A stretch of DNA of 64,000 bases from Zancudomyces culisetae HAW-14-8 (Eukaryota; Fungi; Kickxellomycota): positions 1,984,001-2,048,000 of the forward strand of contig JBNJNM010000006.1 of the NCBI GenBank assembly GCA_052426225.1. Reading direction: 5' to 3'. Positions 47,871 through 61,005 of this stretch are shown piece after piece. The notes under the pieces are model-generated. The model did not search any database. It saw nothing but the letters and a program-made list of their open reading frames with translations, and was not told the DNA's origin. The translations under genes were made by a program, and so were the position numbers. Within the stretch, counting starts at the first letter, position 1, and each line of letters starts with the position of its first letter.

Positions 47871-49880
47871 ATGAACAAAGCTAGGGATGAACCATATAAT
47901 GGCGATGTTGGCAAAGCACCGGAAAATTTTCCACAGCACAACTCGGGTAAAACGACTGAACTTGGGAAAGCGCTAAATAAAATGAAAGTGACCGAACAGA
48001 ACGAATCTAAAAGTGTGAGTCCCACCAGATTTGAAATCCCCAATGACTTTTCGCAACTTGGAAAAGACAAAAAGGGTGAATATTTAAACAAACATAAAAA
48101 TGAACGGGGATTTTTAAATGTCAAACTAGCAGAAATTGCAGAAAAAGACAGGAGAAAAGAAGAGAACAGGCAAGAAACTGAGGATGTGCGAGTTGGAAAA
48201 GTAAATTTACTTACACAAGAATTGCTAGTAGAGATATTTTCCTACTTTACACCTACAGAACTGAGAACAGCTAGTATAATAAACCACGCATGGAAAGATG
48301 CCGCGGCACGACATTTATGGAAGAGAATGGTTTTTCCCTTAGACAAAAGGCAATTGGGTGCAATGCGTGGCATACTGACCACATATGGAAGGTATATTCG
48401 AAAGGCATTGATTGTTCCGCCAATAGAGATCCTTACAGCGAGCACGCTCTCCACGGGAGGACATAGCATCCCAGTAGTGGGATCTTCAGCGGAAGAAAAG
48501 AGTACATGGTCAATTCCTAGACCGCTTTCAAGATCTGGCTCTGCTTCAAGTATGTCGTGTTTGCTACATCAATCACCACGGTTATCATTTACTAATCAAA
48601 CTGGCAGCCATCGGATTGACTCAAGGGGGAGCGAGCAGCACTTATCGGATATTACCGAAAATAATTTGGATGGCTACTTGCTTGGAAATGATGAACTTGA
48701 CATTGGGCTGGATATAAATGCAACTAAAGGGTGCAAACCAGACTTTACTGTCTCAGAACACTCAAGCTATGCGTCAACTTCGGGAATTTCCATACTTGAA
48801 TCTAACCTGCACAATTTTAGCGATGCAAATTGCAGTGCTATTGACTCCGATGCATCTTCGATCATTACTGACGTAGGCTCTATCGTTAGACCAACAACAC
48901 CACCAAACGTTCCATTTTTTACAGAGAATTATAATCGTGAACATAACGGAGGAGTTCTCGGTAGAGGAAGAGCATCATTACCCACCGTATCGCAACTGGG
49001 AATAGGAACCCCTGTTCCAGGAACACCTGGGGTTGGAAATATGCTTGAGGGTGACTATGACCCACCATTTAATGGCTCTGACGCACCGACTCGTGCATCT
49101 TCACTTGGTGGTTATCCGAGGTCAACCGGAAGTCAGTTTTCGCTGATTCGATCTGTATCCAGTGGCACCGTTCGAAGACTACAGCAATTTATGGAGAGCT
49201 ATTGCCCACTGATTAATGATTTGACGGTGTTAAACCCCAATGGAATCACCAACCATGGTCGTAGGATAGAGCTGCTGAAATTGCTTTTTGATACATACCC
49301 AAACTTAACTCGTTTGAACTTGACTGATTTTATAATGTGGGATGTGGAGGCCATGAAGCTCGTTTCAACTTGTTTGCCAAACTTGCAGTCTCTTAACGTT
49401 ACCAATCGTGTCGAACTTAGAGACGAGGATTTGGTTCCTGTCATTCAGAACTGTGTTCATCTGGAGAGCCTCAAAATACGGGCTACAAATATCTCTGATA
49501 AGACTATTGCTGCTCTAGAGAAACATACTTCTCCCAGACTTAGGCTTTTGGATATTGGTGGTTGTGCGGTTAGTTCCACAGCTATGGCTAGCCTACTGAA
49601 AAAAACACCCAAACTCCGTGAGCTTAGGGCGTGGAGTTGTTTAAGGCTTAATGACGAGTTTCTGATACATCTAGACCCGCAATTTTTGCCAAACCTGTCA
49701 ATTCTAGATTTAAAGGACGTTGGCTACTTTTCTGAAGATGTCGTCTCTGCGGTTTTTGCGCTTCAAAGCTGGCCTAACCTAAAGTATCTCAGAATCCGCG
49801 CTAAATGTGGTCTGTCTTCGTTTTCTGGTCTCCCCAAAGCTGCCACTGTAAAACTAAACTCCGACTACAAAATGGAGTAA
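47871..49880 (+). CDS. F-box/leucine-rich-repeat protein
   Basis: F-box LLTQELLVEIFSYF...INHAWKDAAARHLW, a long Ser/Pro-rich linker, and C-terminal cysteine-containing LRRs (PNLTRLNL, PNLQSLNV, PKLRELRAWSC). Confidence 0.88.
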   Translation: MNKARDEPYNGDVGKAPENFPQHNSGKTTELGKALNKMKVTEQNESKSVSPTRFEIPNDFSQLGKDKKGEYLNKHKNERGFLNVKLAEIAEKDRRKEENRQETEDVRVGKVNLLTQELLVEIFSYFTPTELRTASIINHAWKDAAARHLWKRMVFPLDKRQLGAMRGILTTYGRYIRKALIVPPIEILTASTLSTGGHSIPVVGSSAEEKSTWSIPRPLSRSGSASSMSCLLHQSPRLSFTNQTGSHRIDSRGSEQHLSDITENNLDGYLLGNDELDIGLDINATKGCKPDFTVSEHSSYASTSGISILESNLHNFSDANCSAIDSDASSIITDVGSIVRPTTPPNVPFFTENYNREHNGGVLGRGRASLPTVSQLGIGTPVPGTPGVGNMLEGDYDPPFNGSDAPTRASSLGGYPRSTGSQFSLIRSVSSGTVRRLQQFMESYCPLINDLTVLNPNGITNHGRRIELLKLLFDTYPNLTRLNLTDFIMWDVEAMKLVSTCLPNLQSLNVTNRVELRDEDLVPVIQNCVHLESLKIRATNISDKTIAALEKHTSPRLRLLDIGGCAVSSTAMASLLKKTPKLRELRAWSCLRLNDEFLIHLDPQFLPNLSILDLKDVGYFSEDVVSAVFALQSWPNLKYLRIRAKCGLSSFSGLPKAATVKLNSDYKME

Positions 49881-50378
49881 TATTATTATTTTATGTTTAA
49901 TATATTCTTTTTTTTCAAAAAAAAAAAGTGTTGGCTCGGCTATTGCCACTATTTTTTTGTAAAGTGATGTTTCCATTACATTTACCATATAATCTGTATT
50001 TATTGCACCATACATCAATGCACCAAATAATTTAACAAAGTATATAAACGGATGAAATTCAAGAAGACGTTGCACCCGCGTCTACTTTAATTTACCATTA
50101 TACACACATGATCTCACTGGGTATTTATCGATTGCCACTCATTTTCTTCATTTCTTGGTTTTATTGGTGGCATTTTTGGTTAAAAAACTATTTATATGTT
50201 TTAAACATTAATATGTTGCTTCATTCTCTTCAAACAAATAAAAATATAAAGGCAACACTGCAATATAACTTTAAACAGCATTGTAATATAAAAACAATAT
50301 TCTTTAACTTTAATCCCACTTTTTTCCCTTATTCTGACAATACTTTAACGCTGTAGGCTCGCCTGTCCTAAATACGCG

Positions 50379-51788
50379 ATGGAGGAACTTTCAAACGCTA
50401 AATCAAATTTTGACGATGGGAAAAGTGCAAATATAGTAGATTCGATTGAGGATTTCGAAAGTTTTGACGATTTTGGCGACTTTGAGGATTTTCAACAATT
50501 TGAACCTGCCGTACCTCCTGTAGAACAAAGTGTGCCTTCCTCTCACGAGCAAGCAAACGAGAATGATGTTTTGAAAAGATTGGATTACATTTTGGTAAAA
50601 TATACTTTTGCTTTTTTTTAGGTTTTTGCTCAAAACCATATAGATAATCTCAACCTGAATATTTGCGAGTGCATTCTCCCCGTTCCTCAGATTTATCACA
50701 AGAACAATCATCATATTGATAATCTTATTACAACTTTGAAATAGGATCCAATTGTTCGAAACTCAAACATGAGTCATATAGAGTATGGTGAAGCTTTGTC
50801 TAGGTGTCTAGAATTGATTTTTCCAAAAGAAAGGTATACAGAAGCAGCAAGTTTCAATGCAAGGTAAACCTTGAGTACATCACAACAGTAACTGTGAACA
50901 GGATATTTTCCTCTTTTTTTTGGGAAAGATTTTTTAAAAAGACTATTTGAGTATTCTTTCTCTTGATATCTATCGGTTAACCTTGTTGATAAAACATGTT
51001 AAATTTCTAGTGCGAAGGGCTCTTCAATAAACCAACCAGAATTCGGCACTGCTAGCAAAGACAATGGTTTTGAAACAACAAGCTTTGAACTTCCGAAATT
51101 TGCTCCTGGGAACGAAATTCCGAATGAAAGTGATATACATTCTCTCCTTCTCTTTAATCTAGGTATAGAAAAGTACATACCTGTAAGTTTACCCCTATCT
51201 CTCTTTGTGATAATGTTTGCTCGCTATTTACGAAAATCTTGGAATTTTCGCTTTCGTATTCTTTTTACAGTGACTACTAGATATCAAATATCTGACGAAG
51301 CTCACCCTGTTCTTACATTCGTTAAATAGGATAAGATTGATTCCTTTAATGAAAAGTCGGACGAATATGGTGGATCGGCAGACACATTAGAGGCTGTTGG
51401 TAATGATGATAGCACTCCTGGATGCAATGACCATAAAAATAAGAACGATGGTGGTAAAGGACGCAATTTAGTTTCAGATTCTGATGCAAACCACCTCAAG
51501 TACACAAAAGAAGGCGCATCATCTCTTGCCAGATCTGGAGACAAGGCTTCTGAAAAGCCATCATTACTAAGCATCCAAGATATTCAGAATTTTGTCTCAA
51601 AGCCGGACTTTGATCCTATTAATGACGGGAAAACACTGGATTTAGCCCTTTTCTCTATAAAAAAGTATATCAAACGAGCTGAAACAGAGCAGAAATTACT
51701 AAGTGAAGAGTCTGAAGCGTATAACCAAGTAATCCAGGGCATAATTGAGCAGGCATCTCGGCTTAAAGTTGTAGAATCGAAGAAATAG
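50379..51788 (+). CDS. Acidic DFGDF-motif protein with C-terminal coiled coil (putative AP-1/GGA accessory factor), 4 exons
   Basis: N-terminal FESFDDFGDFEDF; exons ~50379-50594, 50745-50863, 51011-51182 and 51330-51788 join in frame via GT-AG introns. Confidence 0.72.
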
Positions 51789-52844
51789 ATATTTTCTGTT
51801 TATTTATTTAATTTTGCTTTTTTCTTTTTTACAGACTCATCTCGGGCTAAGCTACCACAGGGGTAATAGACGGAGGTATTTGCCAGCGTCAACATTCAAC
51901 CATACAGGGAAGAATGTTCTACCACATATCTCCTTAAATGCACTAGCATATTTGCGTTGTTGTGTGTTTCACTGGTAAAGAAAAAAAAAGGCATCAACAC
52001 CCGAGTCTAAAATTTTACTTCCTAAATAGTTTAACATGGAGGACTTGCGCTGTATTCGAGTTTTAAATTGATTCGTAAAGGGCATAATTAGTCCAAACTA
52101 ACACCAACTTCGCACAACGTGCCAGCTCCTCTGTACAACAGAACCAAACATTATACAAAAGCGTAACAGGATACTACTTTGCCACAGTTTTTCTACTGGT
52201 CCGGTCTAAACACGACTCAGATCAGGTATTTGTTTTAAAGAAAGCGAATAAAGTGCTAGATTCCTATTTCACTAGTTGTAGTCCTAGATAGTGTTCGTGG
52301 TTGGTGTAATCTCAGCGTGCATCTTTATTATATTATGTTTTGTTTTGTTTTCGCTTACAAACTTGTGAACTAAAAAACCTAAATGGACAACTCGACCTAC
52401 CTAAGGTCGGATAAAATCTACAATTTGGGAGTCTAAAGCCGCGAAAACTGAACTTGTCCGCATGTTAAATAAACATTTCTGGTATTTATTTTTTTATTTT
52501 TTCCCTTTTTTTCTGGTTACAATGCGAAGTAGGCCAACTCTTCAGGTTATCCAACGTCCAACCGGTTTTAGCGTTCCTTTTTCTCTACTCAAAAAAAAAC
52601 AGAATAACTAGCAGGGGTACCCACCGTTCTGGTCTGCGTTTACTGGATATAACCCAAGTATGGTCACTTTTATAATAATTAGATGCTCTACTGGTCTAGT
52701 ATCAGAAATATATAACGGCATTCTTAGTCTTTCCCCTTGAAATTTTGTCAAACTCGGGTTCTGGATATTTACTTTGTTCTACTTTTTCTGTGGTTTATAT
52801 ACTATTCCGATTCATTTTTCTTTTTATACCAAGAGCTCTGCAGA

Positions 52845-54959
52845 ATGGAAAACATTAATCAGCAAAATAAACTGGTAGATAGATGCCATCCGAATTACTC
52901 AAGTATTCCAACTATTAACATAAAAAGCACAAAAACAAAAGAAAAAAAAGTAATAAAGTTGATATCAGTGTCAAGTACTGCTGGTACAATATCAAAACAC
53001 TCTGCCACCGAACAAACTGAATACCAAAGTCTTGTGGATTTTGGGGTAAACCCTGAAGCGACGGAAAACGCCACAGAAACACCAATCCCATGGGCAAAGC
53101 TAATTGTAATAATCCTTGTCAGAATCTCAGATCCCATCAGTATATTTATTATTCTTCCTTTTGTATATAAGGTACTGAAATGCTTGTGTACACAACTCAC
53201 CATTACTATTAATTTATTGAAGTTGGGTAAAAATACAACATAAAAATGCCTTTTGATAATTAAAATTTAACTAGCTCGTCCAGGCTTCAGGTGTAACGGA
53301 TAAGGATGAGAATTTCGGATGGTACACAGGTATATTAATTGCGTCATTTCCTTTAGCCCAGTCCATTACAGGTAAAACGGTTAGCATCTTTAATACGCTC
53401 TCTTGAGAGCATTAGATTGTATCAACAAAAATCTTAGCATAAGTTTGAATAAATAGTAATCCCATGGGGAAAGTTATCAGACACAATTGGAAGAAGACCG
53501 GTAATGATTTATGGGCTGCTCGGAAACGTTGTAACAATGTTGATGTTCGGGTTTTGCAAAAACTATTATTTGGCATTGATGGTTAGGACCTTATCAGGAT
53601 TGCTGAATGGAAACATTACGGCGGTCAAATCGGTAATTGGTGACATTAGCGACCAGAGCAATAGAGCAAAGCTTTTTTCGATTTTACCTCTTGGGTACAC
53701 TGCAGGAGCAATAATTGGACCTCTTCTTGGTGGTTCTTTTTACGACCCAGCATCTCAGTATCCAGCAGTTTTTAAAGGGTTTTGGTTGTTTCAGGTGCAC
53801 CCACACCTGTTGCCTTGCCTTGTTTCTTCGTTAGTATCACTGTTTGGCACAATTCTGGGGTTTTATAAACTTGAGGAAACTTTAAAAAAAATTTTTGTAA
53901 ATGAAACGGCATTTTATCAACAGGAAGCTTCTACAGAAACAAGCACAAACAAAAGTAAGTATTCAGGTATATTCATTACTAATACAATTGAAATTTCTGG
54001 CGGAACTAGGTTTTGAAATAGTTTTTTAGGCAACTAGATGAGTGTACAATTATAGAAACAAACGGTAAAGATCGGCATCAGAATGATGGACAACCCAATG
54101 ATATGGAATGTTCGGAGCTCGCTAACAAGGGAGACGGTTCTACTCGGGTATCACCAGTAATGAAAATACTCCTGGCTTCCAGTGCCACCATGACACTGGC
54201 CTCGTCTATGCATGAAGGGCTATTTACGATCTGGTCAGCAGCCGATCTTTCTCATGGTGGACTGGGGTTTTCACCACTAAAAATATGTCATGCTAATGCT
54301 ATAGCGGGTATTATGGCACTCGTTATACAGATAATTATATACCCGAAATTTAATAAGCACTATGGTAGTCTCAAGTGTTATAAATATGGAGCCCTACTTA
54401 ATATGCCAGGGTGTGTATTATTGCCATTCCTGAACATTTATGCCCAAAAGTATTTGGACCCACTTAACAGAAACGCACTTGTTTACAGATCTGCATTCGA
54501 CAACGAACCAACTCTTGCAAAATTCATGCTATGGTTTGTTTTGGCTGCAGTCCTAGCATTTAGGGTATCTGGAAGTATATTTTGCTACACCAGTATTTAC
54601 ATTATGGTAAGCAATACACAAAAAATTATTATAAATTGTGCTAGCATACATATTTACGAGCTCTACCCAACTCTCCGAATTTAAATACTTGAATCGCTAT
54701 GATATAGATCACTAATACTACAAAGAAATCATCAGATCTGGGATATACTAACGGCGTGCATCAGTTTTTCTCTTCATTAACCAGAGTAATAGGCCCAGTT
54801 TTGGGAGGATGGGTGTGGGATGTAAGCCATTATTCAAAACTGCCATATCCATTTAATACATCCGTAGCATGGAACCTGGTTGGCCTGTTTAATTTTATTA
54901 CATACGTGAAGAGCCTTAGTCTTCCTGAGAGTGTTAACAGATCTATAATCAAAAATTGA
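52845..54959 (+). CDS. MFS transporter (ZIFL/YCR023C-like), 5 exons
   Basis: WGKLSDTIGRRPV motif A, GLLNGN, IGPLLGG; four GT-AG introns link the ORF fragments. Confidence 0.9.
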
Positions 54960-55256
54960 ATAGCAACTATCTCCACTTTACAAATCGTTATTAGATAGTT
55001 GCACTGGACTTTTCTAGTTTTGTTTAGGTTTGAAATTACATAAAAGCCTAATTGGTTTCGTTGATCTGAAAATGAAAAGATGATAATAAACACCAATCAG
55101 AAAAATGCGCGAAAAAAAGTAGCTTGAAGTTGGTTTCAATTTTAGCTCTCTGGAATATCAAATACAAGCTTTTTCAGTTTAGTTCAGTAAATTCGGGATC
55201 CAAAGGTCGGAATTCCAGCGCAACTGGACGAAAGAATGTATATAAAATAAAATTCA

Positions 55257-56718
55257 ATGAACGAGAACAACAATAGTAAACACGAGCAAAGCAGCTTGGT
55301 TTTGTACAAATACTCCAATCCATATATTGATAACCGTACTTTGGATTGCCGGACCTTTATACTTGGATCGAATCAAGGTAAAATACATTTCTTTTTTTTT
55401 GTATGGTGTATACAGTTATGAGGATAAATACGAATTTATACACGTATTATCATACTTGGTTGCCGCGTCAAAGTTGGTTAACTGTTATTTTATTTCTTTC
55501 ATATATTGGTAATACCTTGCACAAAATTTTTTAAAAAATAAATAACAATAGTAACAATACACCAGGAAGTGCAACGTGAAAGGGATTTGCATAGAAACAC
55601 AGGAACAATAATCTGGGATGCGGTATTTACTATTTATTGTTTCTATTTATTGGTATATTTTCTCCCAAGCATATACAGCAATTAATTCAAACTACTCCTT
55701 CCACCCCCTCACCAAAAAAAGGCTGTTGTACTAAAATTAAAGTGACTGTGGCGATAGAGTGTAATCCTAAGCGAGTTTATTCAAGCATACCTTGAATTGA
55801 CCGGAAAATCATGTCTAGAGCTAGGATCGGGATGTGGCTTGGTGTCAATAGCTGCGTGGTTGAAAGGTTAGCAGCTGCATTTTATATATTTTTTTTCATT
55901 TATCCTGATTGTTTGGGCATGTTTTATTGTGATGAATGCTTATATTGTGTCCTATATGCATTTCTTATCGAATAAATGTTGCTAACTGCAAACACGTGCG
56001 AATAGGCGGAGAGGTGGTTGCGACTGACTTGGAGCAACACCTGGATCTGTTGAAAGGAAACATTTGCGCAAATGCGCATTTACAATGTTCTGAGAAGGAA
56101 AATCGGGGCTCAATAAAGGCATTGGGGTTGGAGTGGTAAGTCTTAAATGGTAGAAGATAATGTTGTATTAAAAAAAGAGACCTTGAGTACTAAATTTTCA
56201 AATGCATATATGTTGTGTTACAAACTTGGGTTGGTTGGATAATATATGTATTTTTTTTATCAACGTTGATTACTGGTTATGGGAAAGTTATACAAAACAA
56301 CGGACAATGAATATAATAGGGGTCAAGAAAACAAAGTGCTTGACAGGTGCGGAATTGATTATATCTTTGGATCTGAAATTATATACCTTAAAGAGGTTCA
56401 CGAGTGCTTGCTGGATACTCTGGAGTGTTTCAGCACGAAAAACACACTTATTTATCTTTCATATTATCCAAGAGGATTGGGCGAAGATGAATTTATAGAA
56501 AAAGCAAGGTTGAGGGGATTTCTTATCCACCAAGTAAGTACATAGAAAATAAATGTATAAATAGATTCATGTATTCATTCTTTTTGCTGGGATTGAGACT
56601 AATAATTAGTTTTGACTTTGTGTACTTGCTGAAAAAACACATATAGATTCCAGAAAAAGTTATACGCGAGGAATTCAGGGGAAGAGGATACCGGATTCTT
56701 AAGATGAGAAAATTTTAG
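55257..56718 (+). CDS. METTL21/Methyltransf_16-family protein lysine methyltransferase, 6 exons
   Basis: Spliced motifs TGTIIWDASVIL, CLELGSGCGLV, VVATD, LEWG and IFGSEIIY; all five introns are GT-AG. Confidence 0.88.
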
Positions 56719-58014
56719 AACTCTCATCTATGATTATGTCTGTTCATATATGCTAGACCCTTGGTATTTTTGAATTATTGTGCCACACTCGAAAATGAAA
56801 GAATATACGTGTGTATTATCGTTTTGTCAAAGCATTGAGACCCATAGAAACAAATATTGTACCACATACAAGCTAAAGTTTACTAATTAGTTTTATGATA
56901 CCGTAAATTATTAGTTATAATGCCGGTCTTGGCATTAATTAGATGTGTGTTGACTCAGCAGGACATATTTGTGTTTGTTTATCTGTGTGCAAAGAAAAAC
57001 GTGTTTTGAAGGCAAATTTGTAGAGAATTATTTTAAGGAACTACGGATTTTGCTGAGCATAAAGTTAGTAAAGTAGATCAATTCCAGGTACATAGACAAA
57101 GAAAACGACAAACTAATCGTATGAAACACATAAAAGCAAAACTAAACCCGAGTCGTGGGAACATAGACATGACTTGGAAGATGATTATTTAAAGTATTAT
57201 TACTGTATTATTATTTTTAACTTTTTGAACTGAGATTTTGTTGGTAGTATTGAAAAAATTAGGCAAAAATGGCAGAATATTGAGTAAATAAGAAGTACTT
57301 GGTTTTAATCATGAATTGAAATGGAGGTGGTGGTGTAATAGGACTTGGGGCTTGAGGATTGGGAATGGGGAGTTATGTAGGAGAAGAAATAAAAACGCAT
57401 ATATCAAAGTGATTTGATAAGACTGTTCTTGGTGTATATCTGGTTTTGTAACTGCATAGTGCCAAAGTGTTTCATGATGACTTTTATAGCTAAATATTTC
57501 GAAATTGCAGTGAAAATGAGCGAGTTGGTGTAAACCTAATGGGATTCTTTGCCGCAAAGAAAAAAGCAGGTAAAAAAACCAAGTCGGACTGGGAAAGTCA
57601 ATATCAAAAGCCAAGCATGAAATCTATTCGTTTTCTTTGAGGAGAGTTTATAATTTGCTATTTTTTACCCACTCTTGTTTAGCCGCCTATATTTTCATCA
57701 AATTAGTTTAATCACAAAATTTGCAATAATAAAGGCGAAACAAATAGTGGAGATTGAAAATAGGAGAAACAGTAAAGCTAAAAAAAAAGCAAACAAATAC
57801 CAAATTTGCTGATTGCCGATTGGTTTTTATGAGTGCTTTTGAAAACTTGGTTAGATTTTGGGGGGTTCTATTAATTTCCACCTTTTTAGTCTTTTCTAAA
57901 AGGAAGACAAGAAAACGCAAATACGAAAATATATTTCAAAAGAACAAAAAAACGGACATTTATATTATCAAGGAGCAACATTAGATTAGCAGGAGTAAAT
58001 AAAGGAAATTCATA

Positions 58015-60121
58015 ATGTCACTTGAGGTACAGAGATTAGCAAAAAGAAATCCAACGCTCAAGCCGTGGGATATAGAGGAAATTATCAAGAAGTTTAGGTA
58101 GGTGAAACATATATTTAATACAAGGGCAGCTTTGTGTTTTATTGTTGACTCTAAATTATTAGTTCTTATATTATGAAGAGTGGGGATGGAGGAGAAATAG
58201 GAGGAGAAGAGAGGGAGCAAATCGTAAAGGTTTAGATTTCTACATAGGAGTATAAATACTAACAAGGACCAAATAATATGTATAAAAAAATAGCGAATTT
58301 GATTTAGACAATAACGGAGGTCTGGATCAGAGAAACCTAGTAAGAGCATTTGACAATATCGATCCAGGACACTCGTATGATGAAATTCGAGGTGCACTAA
58401 AAGATATAGAAGTGAGCAGGCCAGGAGTAGTCGAATTGGATGAATTTGTGGAGTTAGTAGCAAAAGTCAAAGGAGGAAACAAGGGAAGAAGCGTGGAGCC
58501 ACAGGGTGGGATAGGAGTGATCCCACAAGGGAGGGGAGGAGTAGCAAAGAGGACAATTATTACGTCGAAACAGAATGAGAGCTCAGCACACACAATTAAT
58601 GAGGATGAAAAAGAAGAATTTACCAACCATATCAATTTTGCACTAGCAGGAGATTCAGATATAGGATACCGTTTACCGATTGAGCCAAAGACAATGCAAT
58701 TGTTTGATGAGTGTCGGGATGGACTTATTCTTTCAAAACTGATAAACTATTCAGCTCCAGATACAATTGATGAACGTGTACTCAATCGCAAAAAGAAACT
58801 ATCACCGTTCCAGATAACAGAAAACAACAACGTAGTGGTAAACTCAGCCAAGGCTATCGGCTGTAGCGTGGTCAATATTGGATCCGAGGATATTGCGGAG
58901 GGTCGAGAGCATCTTATACTGGGATTGATATGGCAGATCATTAAAATAGGGCTGTTTTCGAATATTGATATTAAGCTCCACCCAGAGCTCTACCGGTTGT
59001 TGGAGGAGGACGAGACTTTGGAAAGCTTTTTAAAACTTCCAGCAGACGCAATACTGTTGAGATGGTTCAATTACCACTTGAAGGCAGCAGGGTGGCATCG
59101 TAGAGTGTCCAATTTCAGTACGGATATTAAGGATAGTGAAAACTATATCGTGTTACTTAACCAGTTGAGGCCAGATGTGTGTAAAACATCTGCGATGAGT
59201 ATTGGGGATTTGACACAGAGGGCAGAGGCGATGTTGGAGGGAGCGGATGCGATTGGATGTCGACGATATGTGTCGGCAAAGACAGTGGTTAATGGGAACC
59301 CCAAGTTGAATTTGGCGTTTGTTGCGGTATTGTTCAATACATACCCGTGCTTGGAAGCACTTGAGGAAGGAGGTGAGCATGCAGAGCTGGATGAGTATCT
59401 GTTTAAGGATATGTATGATCGTGAATCGAGAGCATTCAGTTTGTGGCTAAACAGTTTGAACGTCGATCCGTTTGTCAACTACTTGTTTGAGGATGTAAAG
59501 GATGGAAGAATATTGCTTCAGGCGTTTGAGAAGGTGTATCCAAACTCAATCCAACAGCGACGAGTAAATAAAGGCGATAACATTTCACGGTTTAAACAGA
59601 TAGAAAACACGAACTATCTTGTGGAGCTGGGGAAGGCACACCGATTTTCACTGGTGGGAATCCAGGGTGCGGATATAACCGATGGTGTACCACTGCTGAT
59701 TCTGGCGTATGTGTGGCAGTTGATGCGGGCAAACATCATACAGACACTTTCATCATTGTCTCATGGCGGCGGTCGCGAGATGACAGATGTGGATTTGGTT
59801 AACTGGGCGAACAGCACAGCAGGCAAGCATGTGCCTCGGTTTTCGCCAAACCCGATTCGGTCGTTTAGCGATTCACAGCTGAAGACGGGACGGTTCCTGC
59901 TGGATGTGTTGGACGGAATGAAGCCTGGAATAGTGGATCCAGCACTGGTTACAATGGGCGTAACAGATGAGGACATCAAGCTGAATTCAAAGTATGCGAT
60001 TTCGATTGCTCGTAAGCTGGGCGCAACTATATTCTTGTTACCTGATGATATTGCGGAGGTTAAGCCCAAGATGATACTGACATTTGTTGGGTCGTTGATG
60101 GCAGTAGCTCTTAAGAACTAA
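58015..60121 (+). CDS. SAC6: Fimbrin (EF-hands plus four CH domains), 2 exons
   Basis: Exon 1 58015-58097, exon 2 from 58294; DGLILSKLIN, HLILGLIWQII, LLRWFNYHL and YAISIARKLGA motifs. Confidence 0.97.
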
Positions 60122-61005
60122 GGTTGATGAGGCACCTTTTTAACTTTTATTTATATGACTACTTGTGCTTTTGTTTTTGTTTTTGTTTTTGTTTTTTTAC
60201 AATTATTATGAGTATTTGATTACATGTCTGCAGTTAATGTGTGCTTTTTTATGACCAAGGTAATAAAATAATGAGGGTGAACCAAACCTCTTCCATGAAC
60301 AGCGGGTGTGTGTGCGTGTGTGAAAATAAAAACTGATTAACCAAAGTTGAGAGTTTTGTCCATGTTGGGTTTGGTTGTATTTAAATTACGCTAAAATAGA
60401 GTGATTTCAAAACTTTTGAGTTTGAATTTGGGTAGACCAATTATAAGATAAAGAGTATAAAATTGTAGACTACATTTGAAATAAAAAAAATACACAATTA
60501 GCGGAAAATGCCATGATAATAGAATGAAAAATAAGAAGAAAAAATAACTTGTAAATCATGAATGGGAGGAAAAAAAAAGCAAAACAAATGGGATGTTAAA
60601 CAAGGAAAAATTAACTGGGATTATTTGCCAGCAATTATATTAATTTGGTTTACATGCATTCTTGGGATATATTTCACAGGCTAATTCCACTTTGAATATA
60701 AAAAAGCCCAAATTATATATTGAAATCGAATGTGTAGGTAAAGAATAGAAAGCATAGTCAAACTCGGAAATAGGAATAACTTTATAAAAAAAAGGAGTAA
60801 ATAGAAAAGAGAAAAGTGAAAGGAAAAGAGGGGAGGTATTAGAGGAGAAAATCGAACATTTCAATTTCCAACAAGAACGACAAGAGCATAGAAAGGAAGC
60901 ATAACCTAACTCGGGGCTTTATATATCCAGCTCTTTGAAATATATTATATATATATAATTAAATTCAAGACAAACCAAAATAAAAATAAAAATAAAAAAT
61001 CATAA

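Noticed and set aside
56270-56320. Apparent non-AG acceptor in the METTL21-like gene
   Set aside because: A canonical TAG acceptor at ~56319 restores the frame (LEW-GQENK).
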